Shown here in pieces: positions 24,850 to 40,199 of a stretch of DNA of 64,000 nucleotides. Position numbers and translations under genes: made by a program. Below the pieces are notes generated by a model that was not told where the DNA came from, made no database searches, and worked only from the letters and a program-made list of their open reading frames with translations. Source of the DNA: Blasia pusilla (taxonomy: Eukaryota); assembly GCA_050084515.1 (NCBI GenBank), contig CM114271.1:38378001-38442000 (forward strand), given 5' to 3'. Every line of letters starts with the position of its first letter. The stretch's first letter is position 1.

Positions 24850-27800
24850 TCTGCATACATGTCATCTACTCAACTCTAACACGCAATAGAAGGTTAAGAA
24901 GAAATTTATATAAATAGAACTTCAACTATTCTTGAACTAGGGATCTCGCTCAAAATCTTAAGTTGCTTAAATAAGCCAAACACAAGGGAAAATTTACACT
25001 TGGAGATTACCCTACTCAGTAGTAGGTCATCCTTATCCTACTTAGATTGACAACTGATTTCCTTCACTTCATGCACATATCTTTTCCATTTCACTACAAT
25101 AAATGTGACAATTATTGTGCGCATACATATTGGTATACAATATACATCATTGTCCTATTTAATGTTTATACACATAAAACATCATACTTACATAATCAAT
25201 AATGGAGTCCAAACATGGATGAGATTATGCACCAAAATATTTCCAATCTTTGTCCTAGACTACTAGTTGGTGATTAGGTCCCAATGATTGTTGATAGCGA
25301 TATATCTATATCTACCATGACATAAACCTTTGTGATCCTAAGAGCACAAAGTCTTGGTACTCAAATGGCCCCATTATTAACTGTCTCCTTGTTATCAATA
25401 TTACTTGAACAAGTCTATAATTATGTATCTTAGACACTTCTTATACATATTCATTTTCTTTGAGGAATGATAGCGAGAGGTGGTATTAAACATACTATAT
25501 GCCACTATATATCTCAAACATCCATTGTAGACTAGCATGGTGGTTGCATCTCTAACAGATCTACACAATATATTATGCAAGCATGTAAATGTAATTTCCA
25601 AGTTTAGGTCAACCTTTCCATCAATGTTAGGAAGGTGACATGGCGCGCAATTATCCACATAATGTTTCCAAACCATACTATCACGGCCCTATAAGAAGAG
25701 GATTCCAAATGGCAACAACTCATGCACTCTCAAAATATTGTAACATCCAAAGTTCTTGGTGTAGTCCAAAGTTATCGGATAAATAACATTTGAGACGTGC
25801 CACAACCCACACTATTGCTAAGCATTTTCCCATATATCAAGTGTATTTTTTCTTTATAATGTTTTTTGAGATTTTAGCATAAGCCACTAAAAACTCTTTA
25901 CCATGATCATCCTATTGGGTAAGCATAACTCTAAGTCTCCACATACTTTAATTAGTGTGCAATTAGAAAGAACGGCCCTTGATTGATCTTGTCAAAACAT
26001 GAATATTTCATTGAGATACGAACAATATATCTTTTTTTATCGTCCAAAATCACTCATGATTCATCTTCATCAATATAGTTAAATGTTTTGCGATTGGACT
26101 AAAATCCTTAAGGTATGGATAGGTATATTCAAGTTTTCCAATCCCATTCTACTCATATTTATAGGATGTAGAATGCTTGAAATAGCCTCTATCTTTGTTT
26201 CTTACTTTTCTAAGCCACATGAATATATTGTATAACATAGATCCTAGATTTCATCAAGGAATATTTTGCACTTACTTGGAAGTAACTATAGCTGGTAAAA
26301 CTACAATTTTCCAAATATCTCTCCAATATGTCAATTAGACTCTTCAATCGTATAAAATTGAAGACTTTTGTATTATCAAATATCATACCTAGTAGAATCC
26401 ATACTAACTAAGATCTTATTCATTATCTTTTAAAAACTCTATTACTAAGATGTTCTTCAACTCAAAGTATAACAATAACCATTGATTCAAAAAATCCTTC
26501 CAAAAAGGATCGATGCCCCAAAATATTGTCTTACGCCTATCTTGTAATCTCCTTAGAGGTTGATAATATTTAGTTATAAGATCCAATGAAATGAAGATCT
26601 TTTGATGCCCAATGGCATCCAAGATCTCTTCTCAGATAGGCATACCATACATATCAATCTCCATCTCTCAATTAATAACTTGGTACTAAATCCGCATCTA
26701 TCTATCTATCTCTCCAAATGTCTTGCATATCCTTCTTAGAAAGCATTCTTTTAGTATATCCATATTTCTCATACAATAGCTTTACTAGCCCTACCTTGGA
26801 CATGTCTTGATTTCTTTGAATTAGATCCCTATCAATGTTATTTTATCTTGTAGGATTGTCGAAAGATTGGCGTATCACTAGAAATGTCAATGTGAATCTC
26901 TCAACGATTAACTATATTCAAATCTTGCATACTAAATTCAAAGTAGCTCCTATAACTCTTCAATAAGTGATATATTCAACATCCCTCTTCTCTAATCAAA
27001 TTGGCCTAATCATGATATCATATTACTCGTACGAGATTCCATTAGTTTACAAAAAAACCTTAATACTTTGCAAGTGTTTTTTACCAAGAATCATATGGAG
27101 GTTAATGTTAACATGGAGAAGTCTGAAGTTGTTATAGTAGGTATTAGATCCAAGTTCTCATTCTTTTACAAAGCTCAACAATTAGAACAACTGAAGATCC
27201 ATAAGTATCTAGGTATTGATTTCTCTCATGATTATAGTTGGTTACTTTGCCTTCAAAAGAAAGAAGCAAGTTACAAAGCTCTATATTCTCTTTTGAATCG
27301 TGTAGACAATCTCATCTTGTATCTTAGGGTTTGTCTTAGAGTCTTAACTAGAAAGTTCTTATTTAGGAGCTTAGTTCTCCCTGATCTTATATGGAACCCA
27401 ATTTTTGGGTCCTACTTGTAAGAAGATAGGTTGGGAGTGCGTGGAGAGGGTACAAAAGATCTTTCTACAAGAAGAATTAGGTATGAGAAACTAAACTATT
27501 TATGTTATTCTTATTGTGAAAAGAGGTTGTGTATTGCTTGAGGTGGAAGCTCTCTATTTGAACATCACTTATATCGCAAGGATGAGATCTTTTGATATTT
27601 CTTTCCTCTCTCATCAAGCTTTACGAGCCAAATGCTCCATAAGGTGGATTACAAATGTGGTGACTTAGTCTATAAAATGGAATGTGACTGAAGAGAATTG
27701 GGCTTGAAATTGATGGCACTCCATGAGCATCTACAAAAGAGATTTCTCACCATTCTTTGGAGCCATCCAGGGAAAAAAAAAAGGAGTATTATCAACTTCA

Positions 27801-29158
27801 TATTAATCTTATGCTTCTAGATTGTGAACAAGGGTACTTACTTGCACATATCTCAATCTTTTTAGGTCATGTTATTACATGGCACCGGATTGAGTCTCAT
27901 AGACTAGCCATTGAGGAAGGACCATGGCTCAACATTGACAGAAATAAAAAAATTTGTAGGTTATGTGAGGTAGGAAGTATTGAGGATGAAGAGCATGTGT
28001 TTATTACATGTCCTATGTATGAAGATATTAGACTAGCTTATAAAATTTGTGTGGGGAATTACTATTCTTTACTACAATTGGTGCCTTATGAGTTAGGTTG
28101 TTATATTAGAAATATCATTATCCATTGCTCAAGTGCTCTAGGCATTGGTCTTTTCCTCTTTCGGTGTATTACTTATGATGCGTTTTTCTAACCTTTTGAC
28201 CCTTGGGGTCCCACGGGATTGATTTATTTACCATTTATCATTTATCATATTTACATCACATCCCAAAAATTCCATGAATGTTGTTTTTAATCTTCTCTAA
28301 TCTCGTCCTCATTGCCCCTAAACCACTACTTATATCTCCTCAATAGGTAAGGGGATTATGAGTTTCTAAGAAATTACCCCTCTTAATCATATTTGATATT
28401 TTTCACTCAATCTTAGATTGAAAATCCAAGTGAAGAGGTTTTGGTCCATCAATTGATCCAAGATATGACATGAAGACACCTCCCATACACCTCCTACAAT
28501 GATGATATAACCATCATACTTGTAGGAAACCCCAATCCCATGAATTCTCTTATCAGTATTGGACTTGAATAAGTAATGTGAATGATTATTCTAAACCAAA
28601 AAAATTCCACTTATAGCAATGAGAGATATAATAACTCAATGGAATGGATAATGTTGCCTATGGAAAGCCTATCATGTCACTTCCTTCATAACCAAACACA
28701 CGCCAATGTGGAACATTTAAATAGTGGGCTAACATTAGGATGGAGATGCATTAGAGTCTCATGGATGAGACACTATTTACAAGAGAGAGATGCAAGCCTT
28801 AATAGGGGTCTCAAATGATGGTGGTTGTGACTTGGAAGGACATGATCAAACGTTAGGTGGAACTTGAAAAGATTTTAAGTCTCGCAAGAGTTGGGGGCCA
28901 ATAGGGCCTATAACCTAGCTTGGAACTTGATTGAGGTTTTGGGGGCTTCCCATATATAAGGTCGTAATCATTAGACCCAAGATGCATTTAAAATGAATAA
29001 TCTGGTATTTAAAAGATTATGACAAGCCAATTCCAATGCACTACAAATCTAGAAAAACACATGAGCAAAGATCTCTACACCCAAAGTATCGAAATGACAT
29101 TTTGGTTGAGGACCACAAGGATCAACCCAATAGGACTTCCCTAGATATAGGGAGGGGG
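24300..29158 (-). mobile_element. Degenerate Ty3/gypsy pol relic (protease, RT, RNaseH, integrase fragments), interrupted by a LINE
   Basis: RT peptide DMYGMPI*EEILDAIGHQKIFISLDL..YYQ..DRRKTIFWGID near 26500-26655; protease-like DYDLIYGKP near 28950; integrase-like residues near 25650-25730. Many stops. Boundaries approximate. Confidence 0.7.
27025..28242 (+). mobile_element. 5'-truncated non-LTR retrotransposon (RTEX/CR1-group-like) with RT C-terminus and CCHC finger
   Basis: LQKNLNTLQVF..MEVN..KS....KYLGIDF (late RT domains); HRLAIEEGPW..R..KICRLC....EDEEHVFITCPMYEDIR; short (tttatca)-type tail; candidate 9-bp TSD tatcatatt at 27016-27024 and 28243-28251. Confidence 0.8.
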
Positions 29159-29577
29159 TGTGAGAAAACAGATAGTGACGAAATCATTGAAATCTTAACA
29201 AAACTTAGAAATACAAAATGGCCTAGTCCGTCTGTACGCTCACAGAAGAGCTTCGATGGAACCTGAACATAGAGATAATTCGACATATGAGAATGCGCTA
29301 CCGTTGTGGCTCCCAACTATTTCACTACTCGGGAAACTAGGGTTTTTTACCTATTTTTCTTCGTTTCTATTAATGGAAAAAAATTTCGTGGGCTACGCCC
29401 CCCGACACATCAAGGTGCCCCGCATCTTGATGCAATATAGTATTAGATAATCCTAGTAACGCTGCTCCATAAACCACCTACGTCATATTATTATGACTCC
29501 TTCGACGTCTAAGTCGGAACCATCAATCTAAGCTTCTCCTCATACAAGGGGGCCGATCAGATTAATAGAGTACCATT
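29159..29577 (-). mobile_element. Truncated, diverged LTR of the same family as the Copia element at 48177-53156
   Basis: Reverse complement aligns to the 48177-48607 LTR from its CA end (tgtgagaaaacaga) through gggggccgatca. The start of the LTR diverges. No PBS and no TSD found. Confidence 0.9.
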
Positions 29578-30099
29578 ATTCAGACATATGTTGTGAGTGC
29601 ACAGAGCCGCAAAGTTGTTGATGTAAAATTGCAATACACTTGCACGACTGCGATCTTGGGCCACACTTTATGACTACACTGCAACTCTTTATTTTCATTT
29701 CATTACACTCGCAACATTGTCACATGATACTTACACAACTAGCCGCAAGTCAACCACTAATAGCCATTTGACAACCATCAAGTGCTTGCAACATAGTCAT
29801 AAATTTGCGACGTATATGAGATTGTCACTCATGTAGCAATTGTAAAGAATCGGAAAACTTCTTCTTTTCTAATGATATAACTTTTTTTAAACTTTCCTTT
29901 AAAAATTGCAAATATTGGTAAATATAATTCACGTTTCACATCCATATTTGAAAAATTACAAAATTTCCAAATCTACGACGAGAATTTTCAGACTATCTAT
30001 GTCGAGGTTGTGCACCCAAAATACCATGCCCACGGAGTTATGCTATACTCGTAGAAGGTCCGTCATGATTAGAAGGATCTGCAAGAGCCATTAGATCAC

Positions 30100-31420
30100 G
30101 TGCTTGCTCATGAGTAGGCTCCCCACTAATTGACATAAAACTACCCATTTGGTTGATGCTATGAATAGATTCTCCATGCCCACTTTCATTTATAAAGTGA
30201 TAGTCCAAATCTACATGCTTTGTTTGAGGATAGAACATCTACTTATTGGCAAACTTAAAATACCATTTAATTCTAGGGAATAAAATCTAATTTTTTTTAT
30301 ATTATAACATGTCATAGATTATAAATACTTATCTCCTTAAGTGATTGATAAAGTCACATTGCTCCATATTCAATATTGATTGCCTTTCTTAACGCCAAAC
30401 TAGTAATAGGTCCTTTCATTAAATCTTAACTTCTAATTTCACTTCTAAAGGTGAAGGACTATTCTAACCAACATTTGCAAATCATTGGAATTGTAAACTC
30501 AAATAAGTTATAAATTTAAGCCCAAATTTAGTAGCAAACTTCAAATTTTGCATATTATTCTTATAACATCATGATGAGATTTTTTATGAGCTTGAATAAA
30601 GTGACACACATAGCTTGAATTTGACTTGGTAATAGTCAAATAAATCAAACTTCTAACCATATGCATATACATGTTGGCACCTTCAAGGTTTTCTCCTTCA
30701 TCTACTCTTAACTTTGCAATATGGTCTAACAATATATAGATTGGATGAAAACTTGTTCTCCTATTTTTTGAATATATGAGAAGAGCATAATATTGTTATA
30801 ATAACCACACACTCTCATAAACTGAGCATCCACAAAGTATTTGATCTCTCCTAAGTCCTTGATATGGAATTTTACCTATTCTATTTGCTTGATTTGATGC
30901 ACCATATCCTCAATAATCCTAACAATAAAAAATCATTGACGTATAACGTAATCTTAACCATATGATCATATCCTCTCAAGACATATAGTGAAGAATTAGA
31001 ACCATAAAATCTAAACTCAAGCTTATATAAGACATATGTAATCTTGATATACCAAACTCTTGAAGCTTGCTTGAGCTTATTCCAAATTTTTCTTTAGTAT
31101 GCACATATTAAATGAAACTTTGTACGCTCATATATAGGTAGTTGAAACATATACACCTCTTTATTTAGACCTCCATTCAATAACACATTCTTGGAATATA
31201 TGTGATGTAGTGTCTACTTCTAACTCATTAATATTGCAACTACTTATTCAAACTCGCCATCTTACAAGAAAATCTTCTCGTAGTGAATATCATCTTTTTT
31301 GCAAAACCCTTGGCTACAAACCTGACTTCTTCTCTTATTTATTATACCATCTTGGTTGTGTTTGATCTTTGTAAATCCATCTACAACTATGCTATATGTC
31401 CCCCAAATAGATTTATGTAG
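30100..31420 (-). mobile_element. Old Ty1/copia RT-RNaseH relic
   Basis: FYPQTKHVDLDYHFINE (RNaseH), MYMHMVRSLIYLTITK, YVNDFFIV (YVDD-like), LKQASRVWY, WIYKDQTQ..G. Heavily decayed. Confidence 0.8.
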
Positions 31421-34400
31421 CCCTATTGTTAAGATGTAACTACTGCTATTTTAGTGTTTATACATCTATATTATTTGGAGGTGGATATCCATGATTTGAC
31501 TTAGGCTCTAATTAGTATCACTAAATTGAATCCATCCTATGGATTTAGAGATTTATCTAAAGAGTCTACAACCTCTGCTAAATATACACTAATACTTGAG
31601 TGAAGTACATTGATTTTTAATTATATCCATCCCCCTACTCTCAAAAAATTTTTTTAACTTTTTTGATGATACAGACTATGATTTTAATTTAAATATCATA
31701 GATAACATTGGTACTAATAGCAAAAGTCTCTTAGATGATGGTGTCTAACGCATACATTCCTTGCTTTATAATCTAATGATAATTTGACACACAAATGTCA
31801 ATTTGTTAATCAGTGGTAGAATCTTTTTGTATCATTACTTCCATATGGTGAGTCATGCAAAGCCAAGAGATGTTCAATAGCAAAAGTTTTTTTATTAGAT
31901 GAATACCCCAATGTATAAAGTAGATTACACCTCTTTTCTCCACTAATTATACAAAACCTTTCCTCTATTAAAATTATAATGATGAGAGCTTAAAATCTCA
32001 TAATGGCGCAACTTTTTAGACTTTGGAAATATCTTGAGAAGCTTTATGAAGCGATGACAACTACCCTTTGGAAGGACTTTTATTGCTACTCATGCAGATT
32101 TCTAAAATGGTCGAGAAGATCCTTAAAATCACCTATGAAATTTCTACATCTTTAAGATCTAAAATAAATCTCCCGCTACCTAAGCCCCAACCAAAATATC
32201 TTTGCTCTAAGAAAAAAAGAATCTAGTCTTGCCTCTCTTGAAGTCCCTTCTCTCCTACTCCATCAAAGATTGCAATAAATTGTATATATGAGTGTCAGCT
32301 TTCCAACAAGATGATGGATGTTGTATATTCCACATTATATCATCTAATGTTATTTTCCAAGCCATTCTAATGATACATGTAGCCAAGCCCGAACACTTTT
32401 GGCCTTATTGTACCATTGAGGAGGATGAATTTATGTTAGTATTGAAAATCTGACGTGTTGCTTATAATTGAAGGGATTTGCGGCATTTCATGGCAACTCT
32501 CATGATGGAGGATCTACGTAGAGTATTATGAGACACCAAGGGATTTCACATAAGTAATATCCCCTACTCATCATTATATTAACCTTGGATAAGGGAGAGA
32601 TTTCAAAGAATGAATAATTACCTGCAACGCCTTCGAAGACGTCAATTGTTTATATGTTGTGACCTTCGGATATTGAAGACTACATGATCATGGGGAGTTA
32701 TTCTCATCCATTTCCAATTTTAATGGGCATCATTGCGTTGTAAGAATTGATTGTCGCATATGAGACTTGATGGTACTCATGGTGGATTAAAAACCTAGGT
32801 AAGTTCAACCCTTTTCTGGCATGGAGAGAGATGTTCCAATATCTTGAGGATCTATAGATGGATTCTTGGAGATTAATTTGTAGTCAAGTTCATCATAAAG
32901 ATGACCTAGTATATATGACACTCATGCACATCAAGTTTGCATCATCAAGGTCAATGAATTAATTGTGATTAGCTTATTAGGCTCAAGTAGCCATGTTAAT
33001 TTAACTAGGGTTTATGGTTAGGCTTGATATAGGGCTTCTTCTACATACCATACATAATTAAAAATAGGAAAATCCTTGACTCATTCTCTCATTGTAATTT
33101 TTTTCCCTCCATGGTGGTATGTGTGAAAGAGGATTACATTCCATCTATTCTGCTCGTTTAGCAATTTTTTAGATGATATTACAACGATAGGAGAGTATTG
33201 ATTGAAGGCATGCATGTAGGAGCATAGAAGGGTTTACAGTATTCAATTTGGAATAAGGAGATTTAATTTTCTTGGGTGGTAATAGAATTTAGTTTGAGTT
33301 TTAAAGGTGGAGAAATTTCGAAGGTAATTTTAAGGGTCTGTCTAGCCATTTTAGGAACTTGTTAACTGATTGTCAAAATAATGCCAAAAAAAGTTTCAAC
33401 AAATTTTTAGAACTTGTTGATATATTTCCCATACCATATTTACAATTTCAATATACTACAATTAGTGAAGAAAATTTAAACACTTTTCCCTCTATGTGCT
33501 AATTTTAATCGATTTCTTCATACAATTGATGAAATTTTTCCGGTTCTTTATAGCATTGGTCTATATTGAAATTAAAGTATTATGGAGCATGAAGGTAAAA
33601 TTTGTGCAACTTTGATGGAATATTCCTCAATTTCAACGGCAAGCAAGAAGCTAAATAAATCTAATTTGTATGTTTGGAATTTTTTAGACTATGCCATTTT
33701 ATATCCTCAAGATTTGTAATACATTCTAGTGATTTAGTCACATTCTCGCAATACATAATAGTGGGAGCCTCCATTTAGTCAAGATCTCTATTACGTATTA
33801 AAGATTCCTAAAAGCCTGTCCCAAATTCCTATTAAGGAGGAGTTAATTTTTATTTCTATCTTTCATATGAAGGTTATGACAATCTAGCAAGCTTGTTCTC
33901 GTTTGTTTTCACTCTCTTGGTCATATTGGATCAAATTCTTTTTATGCTTTCAAGCACACTGTGTAAACTTTTGCCAATCAAGTGATCACTTAAATTACAT
34001 TTTGTCATAATGGATTTATTCGATATGCTTTTGGGATGTTTTCTTCAATGATTTTTTTATGAAGAAGAATTGGAGTATCGGTTGATGAGTGCAACAAAGA
34101 ACAATACAAATAACAATCATGGGTCCTTCATATTCTTCTTCATGGTTATTGAGTGGCGGAGGAGTAAATCAATATCAAGAGGAAAGGTCGAAAATATTTT
34201 TGCATCATACCAAGACAATTCATATGGTGGGAGATCATTCATAAGGAGATATGGACTTATAGTGAAGATTTTTTCTCTCTACTCGTATGAGATAGCATTA
34301 TTGTATGTCTTACGATAGTTTCCAAACACTAATAGATGAGATCAAACATTTACTGCTAACTATATACGAATGAGAAAGAGCATGAACTCATGGATTTGAG

Positions 34401-34899
34401 AGATGCTGGAAGAGACTCCATCCAAATATTGTGTCCTTCCATAATACGACTAGATCGAGAGAAGTGGAGAAAGAGCGAGGAAAGAATCGAATCTCCTAGA
34501 GGGCGGCGTGGGTTGGAGGATATTATATGCATATTAAATTAATCAGATCCATAAAATAAAATATGTGCTTTGTGCATGTATATAAGAGTTATGAGAGTGG
34601 AGAATATGTATATCAAGATAGTTCTTGCATAATTGCACGTGCCCAACAAACCAAAAAGAAGGAGACTGAATCAGCCGTAAGCTCACAACTAAATAAGAAA
34701 TGTTTAGAACGCCCAAAGAGAATTAAGAGGATAAGATGAGGAGTTCACATGTTTATGTAAGTTCGGGTTCGAATATGAACTTAAATAGGACCACAATCCT
34801 TTTAAGTTTTTTTTAATGAGTACAAGAAATTCACTCTTTTATCTATATAACTAAATTCAATGCAATGTGGAAAGGCCTCATTGATTTCTACTCAAACCA

Positions 34900-35450
34900 G
34901 ATCACAATCTCATACATCTTAGGTTTTTCTTGGATGCACCTCTACGAAATGAATGCCTATGTCCCTCCCACCTTGGAAATACTAAAATATTAGAAGAGAT
35001 CAACTCACTCTCTTTTATACAAATTAACTCAATACCGTTCCTAACTATATTTCCTACTTTCCCTCCCTTAGATGCTGGAACTGATCTCTGATGAAGAGAA
35101 ATAATGGATTTATCTCTTTGGTTTCGAATCAAAATTAAACTATGGGCTGCAAAAGGGTAATTTTGGGTGCACGGGTTGCAGAGTTGGAAATATCAACACG
35201 TCAAGACCTCTCTTGGTATTGCTCTCTTTCAAAGTTTCACAATATGCCCAAGACGATGGACACACTTGGGAGCACTAAACACAAAAATTGATGATTTTTC
35301 TGAATAGATAATAAGGGAAAAGAAAGCCTTGGGAAGCTAGCCCATCACCAACACCAAACCAACCCAAATCCTAGATACCAAGTAATGGTATTTCATACGC
35401 ATTGGAATCCATAGCCATAGTGACAATAAATGCAAGGCAACGAACCCTTC
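34900..35450 (+). mobile_element. Possible L1-type LINE relic (post-RT region)
   Basis: Weak peptides resembling YLG.PL and RIKIKLWAAK..GARV..LSWY across frameshifts. Motif memory only. Confidence 0.3.
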
Positions 35451-38400
35451 CAAAAAATCACCTCTCGCAATTCCAAAAATAAGATAGTTTTTTTGTCTCT
35501 CACTCTTCCTCCTTTGAATTTAATTATTCTCCCTATTTGGAATCAGGTTCAAACCCCCCTAGCACAAGCCACATCTAGATTGCAAAGTACGAGAGCCCTT
35601 GAAAATGATAATGATCTATAGCGAGATTGTAGAGCAAGAGATTCATTACAAATGCAAGCATGCTAGGGAAATCTTCACAAGAGATGAGATGGTCCAAAAT
35701 GGTCTCCTCCCATGAAGACCTCCATTGGTAACCAAATTTGCTTGGAGGTCTTCGTGGGATAAGGCTCCCTCCCACGAAGAGGGAGCTCTTCGTGGGAAGA
35801 GGCAAGAGTGCCCTTTGCGGTTGGAGGGGAAGCTAAGAGGAGGTGAGGATAAGAGGAGGCAATACTAGACATGAGAGGAGGCGAGGATGAGAGGAGCCCA
35901 ATTGTGGTGAGTGAAGGAAAGGGCCATACTCCAAATGCCTTCTCGTTGTTGCCCCCTTTTTGTGAAGTCCGTTGCGCGTGACAACAAACTACCACAATCC
36001 TAAGGTACCTTCTGCCCACAAAGTTTGATGATAAGGGCAGAAAACTTCTCTGACACTCCCACCGTTACCTCCTACCAACTGTTGGCCCCTACCCGCAAAA
36101 TCCGCCTGCCACCATAACGATCCTATATGCCTCTGATTAAGCATCAGACAATCATAGGTTTTAACAATATAAAATACAGTTGATGCGATATATGGAGAAT
36201 GAAGAATTGAAAATATGAATGAATGAATCATTGTAGAAAACATAGAGAAGTTTACAGGAAGAGGGTAGTGTACATGAACATAATAACTTAAAGTGCAAAA
36301 GACAAATAATGGGGTGAAGTCTAGGCTAGGATATTTGAATTGGTCAAATGAAGTAGAGTGTATTTAAGAATAAGGATGATAAGAAAGTTTTCAATGCTAC
36401 GTAAATTAAAGAATTACAAAACAATAGCAATAGTGCATAAGATTAATGTCGTGAAACATGAATAGAAGGAAATGAAGATTATTAAACCTTAGTGTTCGCT
36501 GAATAGTATCAATATAGTAGGTTATGTAAGTATAAAATAAGGAAAGCCATCATGATTCAGAAATTTACAGGGTGATTTAGTAATTTATCGCTAAGGATAT
36601 CCAAATAATATAGTACAAGCAAGCTAGTATTGGTATAGTAAAGAAGAAATCATGCATAGGTAAAATGAATCACTCAGTACAATTTATAGTTGGAGAAATG
36701 AATTAATAAAGAAGGTTGGGGTGGTGAAGAAATGTCCATAGAATGCATATGGTTTAGTATGCAATATCTAAGCAAGTAAAGATAAGAGTTATGTCATGAA
36801 TGGAGTTGAAGCAAAAGATAAAGATAGGCATAGCCTATCTATCATACGACAACACTATAATAATAAGTATTCAATTGGTGATAGCAATGCTTAGAAGAAT
36901 GCAAACAAACCAAGCAATAGCATGATAGAGCATTTCATTGGATAATAAAAAAGAAGTACAATATGCTAGCACAATAAGTTTATCAAGCCAATTACTGTTC
37001 AGAATGCTCACTACTTCAATAGAAAGCATTGTAAAATATGTGACCATTGCAAATGACGTCTCACATTGAAATGAGAATAATAGGTGTCTTGCTACTACTT
37101 GTATGCCTAGCACTGTTGTTTACAATCTAAACAAATGATTAGAATGGATAAAGAAATGACTAAATATTATTTTTCGACAACTAAAGCTTTGGATTAGACG
37201 CAATCATCTGCTCAATAAACTTCAAGAACTCCTTGAAGTGGCCTTGCATATCTTTCATATTGATCTTTAAATAAGAGACCCTCTCCATGTAAATCTCATT
37301 TTCCTCATTGACAGATGAGAGCAAGTCATTTAAGTAATCAACATTTAAGTGATTGAATCAATTTGATTATGAAAACTATCAAGCTAAGTAATAACATCCA
37401 ATTATACATGGAATCCGGTAATGTAGGTTGCATCTCATCTATTGGAAATGAAGGTTGGTTCCCATGAATTGGTTGACGCATAACAAGTGGTATATCTCTA
37501 TTTGGATATGATGGTTTCCATGAAGGTCTCTTGGTTGTGGCCTGCATTATAGGTAGATTCCAATGTGATAAGCAATGACAATTGCAAAAATGTGCTAAGA
37601 ATAGAAAGCACTTGAATGGTGACGAGTCGAAGGAATTAAAGCAAAAAATAAAGTTGAATGGAAATATGCATGATAATTCAATCATTGGAAGAGTAAAAAA
37701 ATTGACATAAAATGTAATGATATCCATGGGCCAAGAAACCATTAGGAGGATATCAGTACAAAGCCGTTGATATTTATAGATAATATAGTAATAATATAGG
37801 TTCGGATATATCATGAGTAATATGTATGGTAGAAACTAGTCTATATTAGCATTGTAACTCCTAGATGGAAAATGGTTGCTTAAAATATGCATTAAGTATC
37901 AAAATCTGAACACTACTTAGTAGGCTTGCAAATGGTAGATATATCATCACTAGATCTGCACCAAGAGGACATGTATAACAATGCATATAAGTTTGAGGTC
38001 TAGTAAAATCAAGAATACAAACAAATGAAAAGCACAAAGAAAGAAAATTGTATATCTTTGATGGATTAAGCACAATTGCGCTTTCCAAGTGAGTTCAGTA
38101 GATCATTGTTGTTGTGGGACTCAAAATTAGAATTAGTTGGAGTAGAGGTTGGCTCAAGAAGTGGAGGTAAGATATATGGTAGAATTGGAATAATAGTTTC
38201 CTTAGCTGCATTTGTTTAAGGGTTCAAATTTTGGTAATTCACCATCTGATTTTTCCAATTTCATTCGGGTAATGAGGTGTGATGCGTGTAGTGCGGAAAG
38301 GTTGATCACCATCCTCAGGGTAAGCGTAACTCATGGTGCAAAGTTTATAGGTGGCAAAGTCTTACATCTCCAAATGCAAGTGCATAAACTTTACTACCTA

Positions 38401-40199
38401 GAGCTTGGTTAATTGTCGCGCGCCTACTCTCCTTGAACGTAAATCTTTAATGTTGCAGAAGCGTGCGTTTAGTAGGACACGCTCTCAATCCTGATCTGCA
38501 CCCAAATACGCACTCACGTTAGTTGGATATGGATCAATCAGAGTTCTAACTTTTCGAGTTCTGGACTTGGTCTCTCATCAAGCTTAACCTCCCTAGTTTT
38601 GCAGTTTACAACATAGGGAAGTCTCTGAAGACTTGGGATAGACTTTCTGGTCAGTTCAGGAACCTCAAACGACGTTCACACGCGTGGCGGTCCAAGTTGT
38701 CCAATGGACATCCATAAGTCCCTAATTGCGACTCAAAAAAATGATTTGGAGGCTGGAATCGAAGTGTAGTTTACGAAATCCTCTCCCTTGGATCAAGTTT
38801 GGGTTTCGAGATCCAACGTCAAACTCCCGTTCCATCCCATGCCCTTGAGATGCCGTTTGGGGCTCAAAGTGGGTTTCGGGTTCCAAGAATCTTTGGAGAC
38901 ACTTCCCCTTACTAGTACTTATGGGGATCTCCGCCCTCCCCTTAACTTTATGGAAAGACAGTTGGGCCCCTCATTTTGGCCCTCAACCCGATTCCTCTTA
39001 TGGTCATTTATGGCAAATATCTCAAGCTTTGTTTGAGCATTTTTTGAGATCTTTGGTGCGCTATATTTTTTTGGCATAAGCTTTCCTACGCCACCTTACT
39101 TGTCCCAAATTAATCTTAGGACTAAATATTATGGTCCAAAACATAGTCAATATCCCCAAACGCTAGTCATATTCAAAATTTGGTTCTCAACTCTTTGGCA
39201 ACCAACCTTCCTAGACTCAACTCATCTTAAGTCTCGCTTCACGTTTGGTCTAGGTTTCCTGGTCGTGACCATAAATGCATGAAATGCACAAACTCTATTG
39301 CATGCTTCGTCTCTTGGACTTTTCCAAGAGACCTCTCCAAAGCGTAATTATCGTAGCGCGAGCTCACTAAAGTTTTGATGTTTCGCTTGGCGTGTGTTTG
39401 GTGTTCATTTGGTTATGAGGGTCGCAAAATTTATGGTTAAGCTGGTCTCCTTAAAGTCAATCTTCTTATAATTTTGGACTTTTTTCTGCACACGGGAGAT
39501 AGAAAAAACTCCTTCTCAATGAATTGAGAATTAAGAAATGTGTAAAGATACACCATGGATTGAAATAACATAAAGAAGTACTAAGTAATAGTGAGTACAT
39601 ATGAGTGGTACTTGTAGCAAGGGAACTTTTTTGTAAATCCTGAAAAAATCATTCCAATCATGACCTTGGCTTGGATCCGCTTGCTGGTAATGCCATACTC
39701 CCAAAATGGAGGTACTAGTCCCAAGATATCACAAAATCTTATTTGATTTTCCATGGGTTGAACATACCTTGGAGCTTGGGTATCAAGTATATATTGTGTA
39801 TATTGTTCAATATCATGTAGGAGGAATCCATGTATGTTGATGGTACCTCATTCTAAATCATTCGAAATCACCACAATCAACCAACAAGGTAGCAAATTAC
39901 TACAATAGTAGATAAATTTACCTTATTACTTATGTCGATGTTTGAATGTATTGGAGTAACATCTGGATTTGTTTCATGCTCATACAGCTACAATGCACTA
40001 GATGATGCTTGGAAAGTATGTGACAAGGAAGGCCATGACAAACATGAGTTTGAGCCAGATCTCCTAAGTCTAGGTCGGATGAGATAATAAAAGAGGTCAT
40101 TCTACAAGAAACACAAGTAAAAAATTTGGACGAAATCTCACTACAATGTGGATTTTCCAAATGTTAAAAATTCTTGTGATTTAAGATCACATAGAATTC

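Noticed and set aside
29149-29160. PPT-like agggaggggg directly before TG, suggesting an element using the Copia LTR in reverse
   Set aside because: The flank reads as minus-strand gypsy protease-region sequence, so the purine run is most simply the insertion target. No plus-strand pol lies upstream.
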